This document shows, piece after piece, positions 19,200-28,731 of a DNA stretch of 64,000 nt. A model generated the notes under the pieces. That model was not told the origin of the DNA. It did no database searches and saw only the letters and a program-made list of their open reading frames with translations. Source of the DNA: Fimbriimonadaceae bacterium (GTDB taxonomy: Bacteria; Armatimonadota; Fimbriimonadia; Fimbriimonadales; Fimbriimonadaceae). Each line of letters begins with the position of its first letter. The stretch's first letter is position 1. The position numbers were made by a program, and so were the translations under genes. Location: the NCBI GenBank assembly GCA_033763535.1, contig JANRKI010000029.1, forward strand, positions 2,886-66,885, read 5' to 3'.

Positions 19200-19913
19200 T
19201 TAGTCGATTTCGAGGGCTTCGCGTTGGGCGACGATGAGCTCGTTGATGCCTTTCTGCGCTAGCTTCAGCATTCGGCCGAGGGTATCGGCTCCAAACGGAT
19301 TTTCTTCCGCCGTACCTTGGATCTCGACAAACTTTTGGCTGGCCGTCATCACCACGTTCATATCGGTCGAAGCGGTGCTGTCTTCGTCGTAGTTCAGGTC
19401 GAGCACTTCTTGGTTTCGGTAAACGCCGACGCTGACGGCGGCGACGGGTTCGCGCATCACGTTTTGGCGGATCATGCGCTGGCCGATCATCCATCGCACG
19501 GCGTCGTAGGCCGCCACGTACCCGGCGGTAATGGCCGCACAGCGGGTTCCGCCATCGGCGCGGATCGCGTCGCAGTCCAGCGTGATCGTCCGTTCGCCCA
19601 GCGCGTCCAGGTCAATCGCGGTGCGCAGTGCGCGGCCGATCAGGCGCTGAATTTCCATCGAGCGGCCGTTTGGCTTCATCGGATCGCGGTTGTTGCGTTG
19701 CCGACCGCTGCGCGGCAGCATCGAGTATTCGGCCGTCAGCCAGCCGGAGCCTTTGCCCTTCATAAAGGGCGGTACCCGGTCTTCTACGGTGGCGGTCACC
19801 AGCATGTGGGTGTCGCCCAGAGTGATGAGGCACGAGCCCTCGGCAAACTTCGCGTAGTGGCGTTCCAGCGCAAGGGGGCGAAGTTGGTCTACGGCACGGC
19901 CATCGGGACGCAT
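19200..19913 (-). CDS. rph: Ribonuclease PH
   Basis: MRPDGRAVDQLRP, AEGSCL, GWLTAEYSMLPRS, EIQRLIGR, ADGGTRCAAITAG, VEIQGTAE. Confidence 0.97.
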   Translation of the reverse strand: MRPDGRAVDQLRPLALERHYAKFAEGSCLITLGDTHMLVTATVEDRVPPFMKGKGSGWLTAEYSMLPRSGRQRNNRDPMKPNGRSMEIQRLIGRALRTAIDLDALGERTITLDCDAIRADGGTRCAAITAGYVAAYDAVRWMIGQRMIRQNVMREPVAAVSVGVYRNQEVLDLNYDEDSTASTDMNVVMTASQKFVEIQGTAEENPFGADTLGRMLKLAQKGINELIVAQREALEID

Positions 19914-19926
19914 AAAGGGAATGTAC

Positions 19927-21282
19927 CTAGCCCACGTCGCTCAGGCCGAAGCGCTCGTGCAGTACGCGGACGGCGCGCAGGCTTTCCGATTCGGTGACGA
20001 GGACGCTGAGCGAGAAGTCGCTGTCGCTGGTTTGCAGCACGGCAATGTTGTGCTCGGCCAGGGTGCTCAGCACGGCGTGGAAGAGGCCGGATTGCTGCAT
20101 GAACTCGTGCCCCACCAGCGAGACCACGGTACAGGCCTCGGTAAGCGCGGCGGGGACGCGACGCACTTCGCCGAGCTCGGTCAGCAGGTCGGCCTGGGTT
20201 TCGACCTCACGCGAGGCCAAGCGACCGATTTGGAATAGGTACACGCGGCGCGGCTCGCGGTTCACCGGGATGACAAGGCCATCGAGCACGTTTTCGACGA
20301 TCGGGTACTGGTCGCGCGGGACCGCGAATCCGGTGCTCTGGGGGCTGAGGTCCAGCATGTACAGGTTGACGCCGTAGCGCGACATCGTTTCGTAAATGCG
20401 ACTTTCCAGCATCACGCGGTCGTCGGCGGAGGCGTTGCCGAGATCGAATTGCAGGTAGACGAGTTTGCCGGAGTGGGTAACGCCGGTCGCGCGGCGACCG
20501 GGGAATTTGCTGCGATCCACGATTTCCGTGCCTTCGTCGTCGGAGAACGTGTTCTTGACCCAGAGCGGAATCCCGTGATTCATCGCGATTTCGGCAGCGC
20601 GGGGGTGTACGACCTTTGCGCCAAGGTGGGCGATTTCGGCGACTTCGTCGTACGTCACCTTGCGCAGGGTGGGGGCGGCAGGTACGGCGTCAGGGTCGGC
20701 GGTTTTTACGCCGTCCACATCGGTGTAGATTTCGACGCGCTCGGCGCGCAGGGCGGCCCCGAGGGCGCTGGCGGTCGTGTCTGAACCGCCGCGTCCCAGG
20801 GTCGTGAGCTCGCCGCCGGGGGCACCGGGCTCGTCGACGTAGACGCCCTGGAACCCGCACACCACGGGAATCTTGCCGCGCTCGATCGCGCGTTGAAGCG
20901 AGTACGGGTTGATGCCGACGATGCGGGCGTTGCCGAAGACGCCGTCGGTGCGAATACCGGCCTGACCGCCGCGAAACGCCATGGCGGGATGCCCCAACGT
21001 CTTGAGGGTGTGGGCAAAGATCACCGCGCTGAGGATCTCGCCGCAGGCCAGCAGCAGGTCCAACTCGCGCGGATCCGGATCGACCTCGTCATCAATTTCG
21101 CGCAACTGTTGGATGAGGGTGTCGGTGGCGTACGGGGCGCCGCGCCGTCCGATCGCGCTGACGACGACCACCGGCCAGTTGCCTTGTTCGCGCGCTGAGA
21201 TCACGCGGAGGGCACTCTTGAGGCGAGATTCGGGTGAGGCGACGGAGGTGCCGCCAAACTTCATGACGCGGATGCGATTCAT
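19927..21282 (-). CDS. dapG: Aspartate kinase (aspartokinase I / DapG-like)
   Basis: VMKFGGTSV, VVVVSAIGRRGAPYATDTL (as in Bacillus AK I), TTLGRGGSDTTA, YTDVDGV; C-terminal ACT domains. Confidence 0.88.
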   Translation of the reverse strand: MNRIRVMKFGGTSVASPESRLKSALRVISAREQGNWPVVVVSAIGRRGAPYATDTLIQQLREIDDEVDPDPRELDLLLACGEILSAVIFAHTLKTLGHPAMAFRGGQAGIRTDGVFGNARIVGINPYSLQRAIERGKIPVVCGFQGVYVDEPGAPGGELTTLGRGGSDTTASALGAALRAERVEIYTDVDGVKTADPDAVPAAPTLRKVTYDEVAEIAHLGAKVVHPRAAEIAMNHGIPLWVKNTFSDDEGTEIVDRSKFPGRRATGVTHSGKLVYLQFDLGNASADDRVMLESRIYETMSRYGVNLYMLDLSPQSTGFAVPRDQYPIVENVLDGLVIPVNREPRRVYLFQIGRLASREVETQADLLTELGEVRRVPAALTEACTVVSLVGHEFMQQSGLFHAVLSTLAEHNIAVLQTSDSDFSLSVLVTESESLRAVRVLHERFGLSDVG

Positions 21283-21788
21283 CGGTTGCCCTCCGCTTCG
21301 GCAAGTGCGGCGAGGGCGCGAAGTAGCCGCTCGGCATCGGATTCGGCCACGACCATCAGCATGCGGTCGTGCATATCGCCGATGTGCTCCAGCGTGATAC
21401 CGGACGCGATGGCGGCCGAGACGATGCGGGCGATCATGCCTTCCTCGTCGCGGATGTTGACGGCGTGGACGAGCACAATGGCCCGATCTTGCTGGATGGT
21501 CCACTTGAGCGCGACTTCACGCAGGGCATGACCCGCGCGTTCGGCGACATCGTTAGAGATGAGGAAGGAGAGTCCGGACGGCGTGAGCTTGAGAAAGTCG
21601 ATGCTGATTTCCGCACGGGCGATGGCCGCAAGCACGGCCAGTCGGCCGGCGTGGGTTTCGCCGGCGATGCTCAGCACGTGGACCTGCGCGAAACCGTGCC
21701 GGATCTCCATCCGGCTGATTCCGCGCCGCTTTTCAAACTCGGTCTCGCGGACCGACAGGGGGATTTGGGGGTTGTCCGTCACCGTCAC
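21279..21788 (-). CDS. Stand-alone tandem ACT-domain protein (aspartokinase beta-like)
   Basis: GTG start overlaps the AKR stop and its stop overlaps the dapG ATG; AISIDFLKLTP..LSFLI and VHAVNIRDEEGMIARIVSAAIASGI..HIGD fit two ACT folds. Confidence 0.75.
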   Translation of the reverse strand: MTVTDNPQIPLSVRETEFEKRRGISRMEIRHGFAQVHVLSIAGETHAGRLAVLAAIARAEISIDFLKLTPSGLSFLISNDVAERAGHALREVALKWTIQQDRAIVLVHAVNIRDEEGMIARIVSAAIASGITLEHIGDMHDRMLMVVAESDAERLLRALAALAEAEGNR

Positions 21789-22750
21789 GAGGCGTCTACG
21801 TTGCCGGCGAGGATAGCTTCGGCGTGGGCGAACTGTTCGGGGGCGACGGCGAGGCCCGAAGCGATGACGTTTTGGTCGACCTGCTCGGGTCGGCTTGCCC
21901 CGATGATGACGCTGGAGACGTTGCGTTGGCGCAGACACCAGGCGAGGGCAAAGCTCGGCAGGGCGAATCCTTCACCTTCCACGTACTTTTTGAGTTGCTG
22001 GACGCGGGTCAAGATTTCCTCGGTCATCACGCCGCCCATAAACTGGTTTGAATTGCTATCGGAGGCGCGGGTGCCTTCCGGCGCGGGTTGGCCGGGCAGG
22101 TACTTGCCGGTGAGCACGCCTTGGGCAAGGGGGGAAAAGACGACTTGGCCGAGCCCGAACTGTTCAGACGTCGGAATGACGCCACCTTCGATGCTGCGGT
22201 GGAGCATGTTGTATAGCGGCTGGTTGCTGGCGGGCGGGAGCGCGTTAAGGCTCCGGGCGGTGTGGACCAGGTCGGTGATCTGCGCCGCGTTCCATTCCGA
22301 AACGCCCCAGTAGAGGACTTTGCCGGCGCGGGCGAGGTCGTCGATGGCGCGAACCGTCTCGTCGAGCGGGGTATCGGCGTCGAATCGGTGGAACTGCATG
22401 AGGTCGATGTAGTCGACGTTCAGACGCTTCAGCGACGCATGGACTGATTCGGAGATATGTTTGCGGCTGAGGCCGCGATCGTTGACTCCGCCGGTGAACG
22501 GGAAGAAGCACTTGGTGGCGATGACCAGGTCTTGTCGGCGCAGGTCGGCGATCGCGGTGGCGAGGGCGAGCTCGGCCTCGCCCTGGTGGTACACGTCGGC
22601 GGTATCGAAGAAGTTGATGCCGAGGTCAAACGCGCGATGGACGATGTTGCGCGTGGCTTCCGTGCTGATGGATCGTCCGTGGGTGAGCCAACCGCCGAGC
22701 GAGACTTCGCTCACCTTGATTCCGTAGCGTCCGAGCTTTCGGTACTGCAT
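21785..22750 (-). CDS. Aldo/keto reductase (Kv-beta-like)
   Basis: MQYRKLGRYGIKVSEVSLG, GINFFDTADVY, IATK, YWGVSEW, FSPLAQGVLTGKY. Confidence 0.93.
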   Translation of the reverse strand: MQYRKLGRYGIKVSEVSLGGWLTHGRSISTEATRNIVHRAFDLGINFFDTADVYHQGEAELALATAIADLRRQDLVIATKCFFPFTGGVNDRGLSRKHISESVHASLKRLNVDYIDLMQFHRFDADTPLDETVRAIDDLARAGKVLYWGVSEWNAAQITDLVHTARSLNALPPASNQPLYNMLHRSIEGGVIPTSEQFGLGQVVFSPLAQGVLTGKYLPGQPAPEGTRASDSNSNQFMGGVMTEEILTRVQQLKKYVEGEGFALPSFALAWCLRQRNVSSVIIGASRPEQVDQNVIASGLAVAPEQFAHAEAILAGNVDAS

Positions 22751-22776
22751 CTTGCGGGAAAGGTTACCGGACGAGG

Positions 22777-24714
22777 TTATCGCGCGACGCGGAAGATGAT
22801 GCGGTTTCCGAACGCCTCTACCAGTTCGAGACGGCCGCTGGCGATGGCTTCGGCGAGGAGGGGCTTCCAGCGCGACTGTTCGTCGGCCATGAGCTGCGCG
22901 CGGAGGTCCGACGGGATGGGGACGGGGGGCGCGGCCAATCCGGTGGCGAGGACCAACGCTTCGCGGATAGGGGCCGGAGTGAGGCCAAAATTGACGTACA
23001 CGTGGCTGATGCCGAGGGCGCGCAAACGATCGACGAGTTGGTCGCAGGTCGTCATATCGGCGTAGCCGAGTTCAGTGGTGTGACCGGGGTTCGCCCAGAA
23101 GTACGGGACGTCGAGGAGGTAGCCGAAGACTTCGTCGTACAGGGCCACGCGCTCTGGGCGGATCGTTGTATTGAGGGCGTCGGCGGGTGTGGCGAATCCG
23201 GTGCGGGCGAGGCGGTACTCCCGGGGCGAGACTTGGCCGGTGGCAACGGGCAGGTGTTCGCGCGTGACGAGATGGCCAACGAGCCCGACGCCGACGAGGG
23301 CCTGGAGGCCGATGCTGGCCTGCATCCACCGGCCGAGGGAACGATCGCGCGTGATGCCGGCGGCCAGCACCGTGAGCGGAAACATCAGGCCGAAAATGTA
23401 GCGACTTTGCTGCGACAAGAAGAACCATCCGGCGAACGAGATGAGCACGACGCCGAGCACGGTCGCCTCGAATCGGCGCGATCGGCCGGAGATCGCCCAG
23501 AAGAGGGCGGCGAGGAGCGCGATTGGGCCGTAGGTGCCCATCGGCAATCCGGAACCCTGGGTGGGGCCGGGATTGATATAGCGGCCGGGTTGGTACGCCA
23601 AGCCGAGGATCGCCCCCCCGATGCGAGCGGGCTCCAGCGGACCGGCGGTGTAGGGACGCTCCTTCGTTTCGAACTCGCGGCCGGCACCGAAGGTTTGCTG
23701 CTCGTTCGCGTAAATCTTGGCGTTGTAGTCGCTCCAGTTTTTGCCCTTGAGTGCGCTGTAGAAGAAGGGGTAGACCGGGTTGCCCGTGTTGACGACGTTT
23801 CGGACGTACCACGGCGCGGCGATGGCGAGCGGCAGGATGGTGACAAGCGCGACGATGGGAAATTGCCGGCGATCGGGCAAGCGGATGATGGCGAACAGCG
23901 TGATCAGCCCGGTGACGAGATAGGTTTGGAGGCCGGTGTACTTGCTTGCCATCGCTCCGCCGAGCATGATGGCGGCGAGCACGGCATCCGAGCGGTCGCC
24001 TGCGCGAAACCAGCTCGCGAGGAAGAGGATGGCGAGCCCGGCGTAGGCTCCCTGCGCAATGTCGATGTAGGCGGTGCCGCTGAGCCAGAGCACCATCGGC
24101 ATCCCGAGTACGGCCCAGCTGGCCCACGGCGCGGCGGCGTCGCCGTATTCGCGCCGGGCGTAACCGGACGCCGCCATCATAGCGAATCCGGTGCCGATGA
24201 GCATGAAGGCCTTTGCCCCCGATTCTCCGCCCAACGCGAGGCCGGAGATGAACAAATTATCGAGCGCGAAGGGGAAGTTGCTGTGATGGATGAAGCTGAT
24301 GAACGTGATTTGGCCGGCCTGCATCCAAATCTTCGGCACGGCGAGGTGGTAGGCGAGCGAATCCCAGTCGAGTTCGGTACTCGGGGCGAGGACGCTGATG
24401 ATTCCAACTGCGCCGAGAATGGCGTACGGGGCGATCTGCGGTACGGAAAAGGTGTTGTCCCAGGCCTCGCGCCATCGGCGATGGAGGACAAGCCCGACGA
24501 CGGCGAGCGCGGCGATGGCGTACGGGGCCCAGCGCAATCCGCCGGGCAAGTGGCCGATCCAGAAGGTGAGCCACCCGTACGCGAGCAATCCGGTGAGTCC
24601 GGCGACACCCCACCGAAGGTCGGCGGGCAGGGCACGGGTGTGCCCGGCGAGGGCGCGGTCGGCGAGACCCATACCGCCCAAGGCGATGAGCAGGCTGATG
24701 AGCACGCCGAGCAT
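22777..24714 (-). CDS. Polytopic GT-C-fold glycosyltransferase (ArnT/PMT-like)
   Basis: More than 12 TMs, WDSLAYHLAVPK loop, YIDIA, SKYTG, PWYVRN..TGNPVYPF, C-terminal soluble domain. Confidence 0.7.
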   Translation of the reverse strand: MLGVLISLLIALGGMGLADRALAGHTRALPADLRWGVAGLTGLLAYGWLTFWIGHLPGGLRWAPYAIAALAVVGLVLHRRWREAWDNTFSVPQIAPYAILGAVGIISVLAPSTELDWDSLAYHLAVPKIWMQAGQITFISFIHHSNFPFALDNLFISGLALGGESGAKAFMLIGTGFAMMAASGYARREYGDAAAPWASWAVLGMPMVLWLSGTAYIDIAQGAYAGLAILFLASWFRAGDRSDAVLAAIMLGGAMASKYTGLQTYLVTGLITLFAIIRLPDRRQFPIVALVTILPLAIAAPWYVRNVVNTGNPVYPFFYSALKGKNWSDYNAKIYANEQQTFGAGREFETKERPYTAGPLEPARIGGAILGLAYQPGRYINPGPTQGSGLPMGTYGPIALLAALFWAISGRSRRFEATVLGVVLISFAGWFFLSQQSRYIFGLMFPLTVLAAGITRDRSLGRWMQASIGLQALVGVGLVGHLVTREHLPVATGQVSPREYRLARTGFATPADALNTTIRPERVALYDEVFGYLLDVPYFWANPGHTTELGYADMTTCDQLVDRLRALGISHVYVNFGLTPAPIREALVLATGLAAPPVPIPSDLRAQLMADEQSRWKPLLAEAIASGRLELVEAFGNRIIFRVAR

Positions 24715-24731
24715 GTTGGGGCGGAGTGTAC

Positions 24732-25931
24732 TTAGGCCAGCTCTTCGAACGGCCAGGTGGGCAGGTTGTGTTGCAACGGCTTATCCGACCGGTAGCCCAG
24801 TTCGTATTCGGCCTGCATGATCGTGTGGATCTCGTGGGTGCCCTCGTAAATCATGGCGCCGCGGCTGTTGCGGAAGTAGCGCTCCACCGGGAATTCGTCG
24901 ATGAATCCGTACGCGCCGTGGATCTCGACCGCCTTGTTGGCCGCGTCGAAGGCGGCGGCGCAGTTGGTCCACTTGGCCAGCGAGCACTCGCGGGTGTGGC
25001 GGAGGCCTTCGTTCTTCATCCATCCGACCTTTTGGTAGAGAAGTCGGCCAATTTCTCGACCCTGGACCATGCTGGCGATCATCTGTTGCACGAGTTGCTT
25101 TTTGCCGATCGGCTCGCCCTGGACGGTGCGTTCGTTCGCGTACTTGACGCAGGCATCGAGGCAGGCCTGGATAATGCCGACGGCGCCGGCGGCAACGGTG
25201 TAACGGCCATGATCGAGCGCGGACATCGCGACCTTGAAGCCGTCGCCCTCTTGCCCGATCATGCAATCGGCCGGGACGCGGAGGTTATCGAAGAACAGTT
25301 CGCCGGTATTGCCCGCGCGAACGCCGAGCTTGCCGTGGAGCGCGCGCGACGAGAATCCGGGCAGGTTGCGATCAATGATGAACGCGGCGAACGGTGCCTT
25401 CGCGTCGGTTTCGGCCAGACGCGTCACTACGAGAAATTGATCGGCGAAGTCGGCGAGTGAAATCCAGGTCTTTTGCCCGTTGATCACGTAGCTGTCGCCG
25501 TCCTTGGTCGCGGTGGTGCGGAGGCTGGCCGCATCCGAGCCGGCATTGGGTTCCGTGAGTCCGAAACCGGCGATGAGGTCGCCGCTGGCGAGGCGCGGGA
25601 GCCAGCGCTGCTTCTGCGCTTCGGTTCCCCACTGGAGCAGCGTGAGGGCGTGGAGGCCGCTGTGCACGCTCATGACCACGCGGGCGGTGCTGTCCGCGCG
25701 TTCCAGCTCTTCGCACACGATGCCGAGGGAGATGTAGTCGGTTCCGCTTCCGCCGTATGCCTCGGGGATGGAAACGGCAAGGAGCCCGGCTTCCGCCATT
25801 TTTTCGATCATGCGGCGGTCGGCCCGGCACTCACGATCCCGTTCGCGAATATCGGAGAGCACCTCCGCTTGGCCAAATCGGTAAGCGCTTTCGCGTATGA
25901 GTTCGTGCTCGGCGCTGAGGCGGAAATCCAT
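24732..25931 (-). CDS. Acyl-CoA dehydrogenase
   Basis: GFGLTEPNAGSDA, INGQKTWIS, KLGVRAGNTGEL, GAYGFIDEFPVERYFR, IYEGTHEI. Confidence 0.95.
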   Translation of the reverse strand: MDFRLSAEHELIRESAYRFGQAEVLSDIRERDRECRADRRMIEKMAEAGLLAVSIPEAYGGSGTDYISLGIVCEELERADSTARVVMSVHSGLHALTLLQWGTEAQKQRWLPRLASGDLIAGFGLTEPNAGSDAASLRTTATKDGDSYVINGQKTWISLADFADQFLVVTRLAETDAKAPFAAFIIDRNLPGFSSRALHGKLGVRAGNTGELFFDNLRVPADCMIGQEGDGFKVAMSALDHGRYTVAAGAVGIIQACLDACVKYANERTVQGEPIGKKQLVQQMIASMVQGREIGRLLYQKVGWMKNEGLRHTRECSLAKWTNCAAAFDAANKAVEIHGAYGFIDEFPVERYFRNSRGAMIYEGTHEIHTIMQAEYELGYRSDKPLQHNLPTWPFEELA

Positions 25932-26028
25932 AGTTGCAGGGTACCGAATGGGCCCGTTGCATCACTTTTGGTTCGGCTGGCGGGCCGGGATTTTGCAATT
26001 GGCGAGTTCCGTGCTAGGGTATCCGGGC

Positions 26029-28689
26029 ATGAGGGAATCTCGTCGATTTCGGCACGCGACCGCGGGGGTCGCACGATTAGGCTTTTTGGCGCTGGTGTGC
26101 GCCTCGGTGGCGGCGGCTTCGGCCCAGACCGCTCCGAACTCGGCGGCGTCGGCGTACGCGGCAGATCTGACGGAGTGGCTGAACACTCTGACGCCGCGCA
26201 ATCTGGGTCCGACGACCATGGGTGGACGGATTACCGACCTCGCGGTGTACGCAAAAGAACCGCGCATTTTCTACGCCGCGACGGCAAGCGGTGGCCTGTT
26301 CAAAACCGTTAACGGCGGCGCGAACTTTACCCCTGTGTTCGATAAAGAGAACACGATTTCGTTGGGAGCGGCGGCGGTTTCTCAGCGGAATCCGGACGTG
26401 GTTTGGGTGGGTACCGGCGAAGCAACCTCCCGAAACTCGGTCGCATGGGGTGACGGCGTTTACAAGTCGGTAGACGGTGGCAAGACCTGGCAGCACATGG
26501 GTCTGAAGGAGACGATGCATATCGGCAAGGTCGTGATCGATCCGCGCGATGACAACGTCGTCTACGTCGCCGCCCTTGGGCGATTGTGGGGACGCAATTC
26601 TGAACGCGGCGTTTACAAGACGACCGACGGCGGAAAGACGTGGAAGCATGTGCTAAAGCTGGACGACAGCACGGGAGCCATTGATCTGGTCATCGACCCA
26701 AAGCGCCCGGACACTTTGCTGGTGGCGATGTGGGGACGGGAGCGTAAGGCTTATGACTTTACAAGCGGTAGTCCGGCAAGCGGCATCTACAAGACGACGA
26801 ATGCGGGCCGATCTTGGCGACGCATCGAAAAGGGGTTGCCGAAGTCGACCCTGGGCCGAATCGGATTGGATATCCACTACGCCGACCCGCGGAAGCTGGT
26901 AGCGAGCGTGGAATACAAGCCGGACCCGAACATTGAAAAGAACCGGCCGCGAGACCAAGGGACGGTAAAGCAATACGGCGGCGGCACCTTTGTCAGCGAA
27001 GACGGCGGCGAATCGTGGACGATGGTGAATCCGCTTAACCCGCGGCCGTTCTACTTCAGCATTCCGAAGATTGACCCGGTGGACCCGAAGCGCATGTACA
27101 TTAGCAGCGACTCGTACTACCTGTCTACCGACGGCGGCAAAAAGTTTGACCGTCAGCCGTACGCCGTTCACCCGGACGGTCACGCGCTCTGGATTAATCC
27201 GGCGGACAACTCGCACCTGCTGATGGGTACAGACGGCGGGGTATTCCAGACCCGCGACCAAGGCGCGACTTGGCAGCACCTGAACGGGATGGCGATCGGG
27301 CAGTACTACGCGGTTGGCGTCGACATGCGACGTCCGTACTGGATTTACGGCGGATTGCAGGATAACTCGAACTGGGGGATTCCGACCCAAACGAGTTACG
27401 GAAACATCCAGTACTTCCATTCCGTGCCGCTAGGGGGAGGCGATGGCTTCTACAACCTCGTTGATCCGGACGACTGGTCTACGGTGTATTCCGAAAGCCA
27501 AGGCGGCGCGGTGTACCGAAGCGACCTGATCAACGGAGGTACCCGGTTCATTCGCCCGCGCGTTTCGGGCGAGACGTTACGCTTCAACTGGAACACGCCG
27601 TTCATCATTAGCCCGCACAACAGCAAGACGCTCTACATCGGCGGCAACCGACTGTTCAAGTCGGTGAATCGCGGCGACGCGTGGATTCCGATTTCGGGCG
27701 ATCTGACCACGAACGATGCGCGGAAGCTTTCGCCCGGAAAGTTTTCCGTGACTCCCGAAGACACGGGGGCCGAGCGCCACTGCACGATCGTCACGATTAG
27801 CGAATCGCCGCGCTTGCAGGGAACCCTGTACGTGGGTACCGATGATGGCTTGGTGCACGTCACGCGGGATGACGGCCGGACCTGGACCGATGTCACCGCC
27901 AACATTTCGGGATTGCCGAAAGGCCTCTGGTGCTCGCGAGTCGTCGCATCCAAACACGTGGATGGGCGCGCTTACGTCACGTTCGACGGTCACCGAAGTA
28001 ACGACTTTAACCCGTACGTGTACGTGACGGAGGACTTCGGAAAGACGTTTAAGCCGCTCGCGACCGGGCTTCCGCAAGGCGATAGCCTGTACGTGATTCG
28101 CGAGGGAGTGCAGAACCCGGACCTGCTGTTCCTGGGGAGCGAACTCGGCCTACGGGTATCGCTGAATCGCGGGCAGAACTGGACCCGCTTCCGCGCCGGC
28201 GGATTCCCAACGGTGGCGGTGCATGATCTGGTCATTCATCCGCGTGAACTTGACCTGGTGATTGGCACGCACGGCCGTTCGATTTGGACGGTTGACGTTT
28301 CGGCACTCGAGCAGATCAGCGAAAAGGTTACCGGGGAAGAAGCCCGCGTATTCGCCCCGCAAGACGTGCTCGATATCGGCCGGGTGGGCGGCACGCAATG
28401 GAACGGGAACCCGTCGTTCCTTACTCCGAATACTCAGCCCGGAACGCGCATCTACTTCTGGCTCAAGGAAGCGGCCAAGGAAACCCCGACGCTGGTGATT
28501 ACGAGCCCGAGCGGAACCGAGCGATCGGCGATTCGCGATGTGCCGAACAAGGCCGGGCTGAACGTGGTGACTTGGAATGGTCGCATCGGTGGGCAGATTC
28601 GGCCGGGCGACTATCGCGTCACGCTCACGGTTAACGGCAAGGACTACGTGACGAGCGTTAAGATCGTGCCCGCGAATCTCGTGAAGTAA
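26029..28689 (+). CDS. Secreted VPS10/BNR-repeat beta-propeller protein (glycosyl hydrolase-like)
   Basis: Signal peptide; RNLGPTTMGGRI; multiple S/T-x-DGG-x-TW BNR repeats; GGLQDN; C-terminal FlgD-like Ig domain (WNGR...PGDYRVTL). Confidence 0.85.
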   Translation: MRESRRFRHATAGVARLGFLALVCASVAAASAQTAPNSAASAYAADLTEWLNTLTPRNLGPTTMGGRITDLAVYAKEPRIFYAATASGGLFKTVNGGANFTPVFDKENTISLGAAAVSQRNPDVVWVGTGEATSRNSVAWGDGVYKSVDGGKTWQHMGLKETMHIGKVVIDPRDDNVVYVAALGRLWGRNSERGVYKTTDGGKTWKHVLKLDDSTGAIDLVIDPKRPDTLLVAMWGRERKAYDFTSGSPASGIYKTTNAGRSWRRIEKGLPKSTLGRIGLDIHYADPRKLVASVEYKPDPNIEKNRPRDQGTVKQYGGGTFVSEDGGESWTMVNPLNPRPFYFSIPKIDPVDPKRMYISSDSYYLSTDGGKKFDRQPYAVHPDGHALWINPADNSHLLMGTDGGVFQTRDQGATWQHLNGMAIGQYYAVGVDMRRPYWIYGGLQDNSNWGIPTQTSYGNIQYFHSVPLGGGDGFYNLVDPDDWSTVYSESQGGAVYRSDLINGGTRFIRPRVSGETLRFNWNTPFIISPHNSKTLYIGGNRLFKSVNRGDAWIPISGDLTTNDARKLSPGKFSVTPEDTGAERHCTIVTISESPRLQGTLYVGTDDGLVHVTRDDGRTWTDVTANISGLPKGLWCSRVVASKHVDGRAYVTFDGHRSNDFNPYVYVTEDFGKTFKPLATGLPQGDSLYVIREGVQNPDLLFLGSELGLRVSLNRGQNWTRFRAGGFPTVAVHDLVIHPRELDLVIGTHGRSIWTVDVSALEQISEKVTGEEARVFAPQDVLDIGRVGGTQWNGNPSFLTPNTQPGTRIYFWLKEAAKETPTLVITSPSGTERSAIRDVPNKAGLNVVTWNGRIGGQIRPGDYRVTLTVNGKDYVTSVKIVPANLVK

Positions 28690-28696
28690 ACGCAAA

Positions 28697-28726
28697 TTCC
28701 CCGGAGTAAACGATTGCTCCGGGGAA
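28697..28726. terminator. Inverted repeat between convergent genes, probable bidirectional terminator
   Basis: TTCCCCGGAGTAA-ACGA-TTGCTCCGGGGAA, 13-bp stem with one G:U pair, between the stops at 28689 and 28732. Confidence 0.7.
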
Positions 28727-28731
28727 CCGAC

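Noticed and set aside
23002-24735. 577-aa plus-strand ORF
   Set aside because: Antisense shadow of the GT-C gene; its composition mirrors reverse-complemented hydrophobic codons.
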